A stretch of 64,000 nt of DNA, from assembly GCA_963666345.1 (NCBI GenBank), contig OY762721.1, positions 2,752,001 to 2,816,000 of the forward strand, in the 5' to 3' direction. How positions within the stretch are numbered: the first letter of the stretch is position 1; each line of letters starts with the position of its first letter. This DNA is from Desulfatiglandales bacterium (GTDB lineage Bacteria; Desulfobacterota; DSM-4660; Desulfatiglandales; Desulfatiglandaceae). Positions 62,106 through 64,000 of this stretch are shown here, piece after piece. The notes under the pieces were generated by a model. It was not told the DNA's origin. It searched no databases and saw only the letters and a program-made list of their open reading frames with translations. Made by a program: the position numbers and the translations under genes.

Positions 62106-63734
62106 ATGGCAGATACACCGAAACCGGAAGAGACCGCCAAGATTGATCATTCCACTCCTCTTGGAAGGGGTTGGATGGAGACACCGGCGGAAATCAAACC
62201 GGGTATTTATTGCTATGCCTCGAAGCCTAAGAGCCTTGATTATGTGGGTATGCCAAACCCCAGGGAATGGAATCCCCTTGAGGAAGACTGGAAGCTGCCG
62301 GAGGATTGGGAAGAGACGATTCATAAAGGATTTGAGGACCGGCTGGGTAAGTTTCGCACCCTGAAGCTTTTCATGGATATTTGTGTGCGTTGCGGGGCCT
62401 GTGCCGATAAGTGCCACTTTTTTATAGGTTCCGGTGACCCAAAGAATATGCCTGTGCTGAGGGCGGAGCTGATAAGGTCGGTCTACAGGAAAAAGTTCAC
62501 CGCCAGCGGAAAACTCCTCGGGAAGTTGGCAGGTGCCAGGGATCTCACGGAGGATGTGCTCAAGGAATGGTGGTATTACCTTTATCAGTGTACGGAATGC
62601 CGGAGGTGCTCTCTATTCTGCCCTTACGGCATCGACACGGCGGAGGTCACCATCCTGGGGAGGGAGCTTACCAACCTTATAGGACTGAATACCGACTGGA
62701 TCGCGGCACCTGTTGCAAACTGCTACCGTACAGGTAATCATCTGGGCATACAGCCTCATGCCTACAAGGATATGCTTGACTTTTTTACCGATGAGATAGA
62801 GGACATCACAGGCCTGAGGATGGAGCCGGATTTTAACAGAAAGGGAGCTGAGATCCTTTTTATAACGCCGTCCGGCGATGTATTTGCCGACCCGGGTACA
62901 TATACCTGCATGGGCTATATGATGCTTTTCTATTATCTCAAGAGCATGGGCCTTGATATAACCTGGAGCACCTACGCTTCAGAGGGGGGGAATTTCGGAT
63001 ATTTCACTTCCCATGAAATGGCCAAAAGGCTGAATGCGAAGATGTATGCCGAGGCCAAAAGACTCGGGGTAAAATGGATACTGGGGGGTGAGTGCGGCCA
63101 CATGTGGAGGGTTATAAACCAGTATATGGATACCTTTAACGGGCCGGCCGAATTTCTTGAAGAGCCCGTTTCTCCGATCACGGGAACCAAGTTCGAAAAT
63201 GCATCACAAACCAAGATGGTCCATATCATTGAATTTACCGCCGATCTGATCAAAAACAACAAACTGAAGCTGGACCCAAGCAGAAATGACCATCTGAAGG
63301 TGACGTTTCACGATTCCTGCAACCCGGCAAGGGGGATGGGGATATTGGAAGAACCGAGATACGTGATCAAAAACGTCTGTAATAATTTCTACGAGATGCC
63401 GATAAACACGATAAGGGAGCAGACCTTCTGCTGCGGCAGCGGTGCCGGACTCAACGCCGGGGAAAATCTGGAACTGCGGATGAGAGGAGGGCTTCCCAGG
63501 GCCAATGCCGTAAAATATGTCCATGAGAAACATGGCGTTAACATGTTGTCCTGCATATGCGCCATTGACAGGGCCGTGTTCCCCAACCTTATGGAATACT
63601 GGGTCCCGGAGGTTGACGTCACAGGTGTCCACGAAATGGTCGGCAATGCCCTCGTATTTGAGGGGGAAAAGAAAAGGACTACCGATCTGAGAGGCGAAAC
63701 CCTTCCTGGAATGGAGGATGAAGAAGATGTATGA
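62106..63734 (+). CDS. dsrK: DsrK Fe-S catalytic subunit
   Basis: CVRCGACADKCHF, CTECRRCSLFCP, GECGHMWR, HDSCN, CCGSG. Confidence 0.95.
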   Translation: MADTPKPEETAKIDHSTPLGRGWMETPAEIKPGIYCYASKPKSLDYVGMPNPREWNPLEEDWKLPEDWEETIHKGFEDRLGKFRTLKLFMDICVRCGACADKCHFFIGSGDPKNMPVLRAELIRSVYRKKFTASGKLLGKLAGARDLTEDVLKEWWYYLYQCTECRRCSLFCPYGIDTAEVTILGRELTNLIGLNTDWIAAPVANCYRTGNHLGIQPHAYKDMLDFFTDEIEDITGLRMEPDFNRKGAEILFITPSGDVFADPGTYTCMGYMMLFYYLKSMGLDITWSTYASEGGNFGYFTSHEMAKRLNAKMYAEAKRLGVKWILGGECGHMWRVINQYMDTFNGPAEFLEEPVSPITGTKFENASQTKMVHIIEFTADLIKNNKLKLDPSRNDHLKVTFHDSCNPARGMGILEEPRYVIKNVCNNFYEMPINTIREQTFCCGSGAGLNAGENLELRMRGGLPRANAVKYVHEKHGVNMLSCICAIDRAVFPNLMEYWVPEVDVTGVHEMVGNALVFEGEKKRTTDLRGETLPGMEDEEDV

Positions 63735-64000
63735 TGGAGGTAAGATTGTTGCCGGGCTCGTGATAGGAGTGGGCCTGCTGATGTTCCCTTTCTTCTACAA
63801 TGCGGGAAGGGCAGCCAAGGCGCCCGATCCCGTGCTTACGCCGAAGGCCAAAGAGGCCAAGGAATGCGTTGCCCCTACTCCCTATATGAAGGCCTACCAC
63901 ATGCAGCTTCTGGATGAATGGCGACACGAGGTCGTTCGTGATGGCGAAAGGTATTATACGACCGGGAAGAGGGGGGATAAGAGATTCGACAGAAAGCTGA
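63727..64000 (+). CDS. dsrJ: DsrJ triheme cytochrome c (5' part, cut by the window edge)
   Basis: Manual translation MYDGGKIVAGLVIG..FPFFYN..KECV....YMKAYHMQLLDEWRHEVVRDG. Confidence 0.9.
   Translation, partial: MYDGGKIVAGLVIGVGLLMFPFFYNAGRAAKAPDPVLTPKAKEAKECVAPTPYMKAYHMQLLDEWRHEVVRDGERYYTTGKRGDKRFDRKL

Overview
64 kb of a bacterial chromosome, most likely a Desulfobacterota sulfate or sulfite reducer. This is inferred from dsrT-dsrM-dsrK-dsrJ at the right edge, an ETF plus HdrF-like membrane Fe-S oxidoreductase module, and lptD. The left ~28 kb is accessory. It holds (i) a translationally coupled four-gene biosynthetic operon (pyruvoyl AdoMetDC-like, GNAT-like, ATP-grasp ligase, PLP decarboxylase); (ii) a two-partner secretion pair whose TpsA has six MBG-like repeats and a hydrophobic C-terminal tip; (iii) a GntR/TRAP/DUF1537 acid-sugar catabolic locus; (iv) a sulfatase-fold enzyme with Thr at the formylglycine position; and (v) a LysR gene next to an unknown protein with a CxxC thioredoxin-like domain. 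The rest is mostly core: folC, lptD, uppP, pfk, recR, ybaB, dnaX, two tRNA-Ser, tadA, purA, mnmG, sdhCAB and dsr. It is interrupted by a 538-bp transposase-less cassette with terminal inverted repeats, an 8-bp target-site duplication and a decayed four-helix-bundle gene. It also holds a PEP-synthase-like/phosphatase/two-component cluster and a ~125-bp palindromic repeat. All calls come from reading motifs by eye; no database searches were run.
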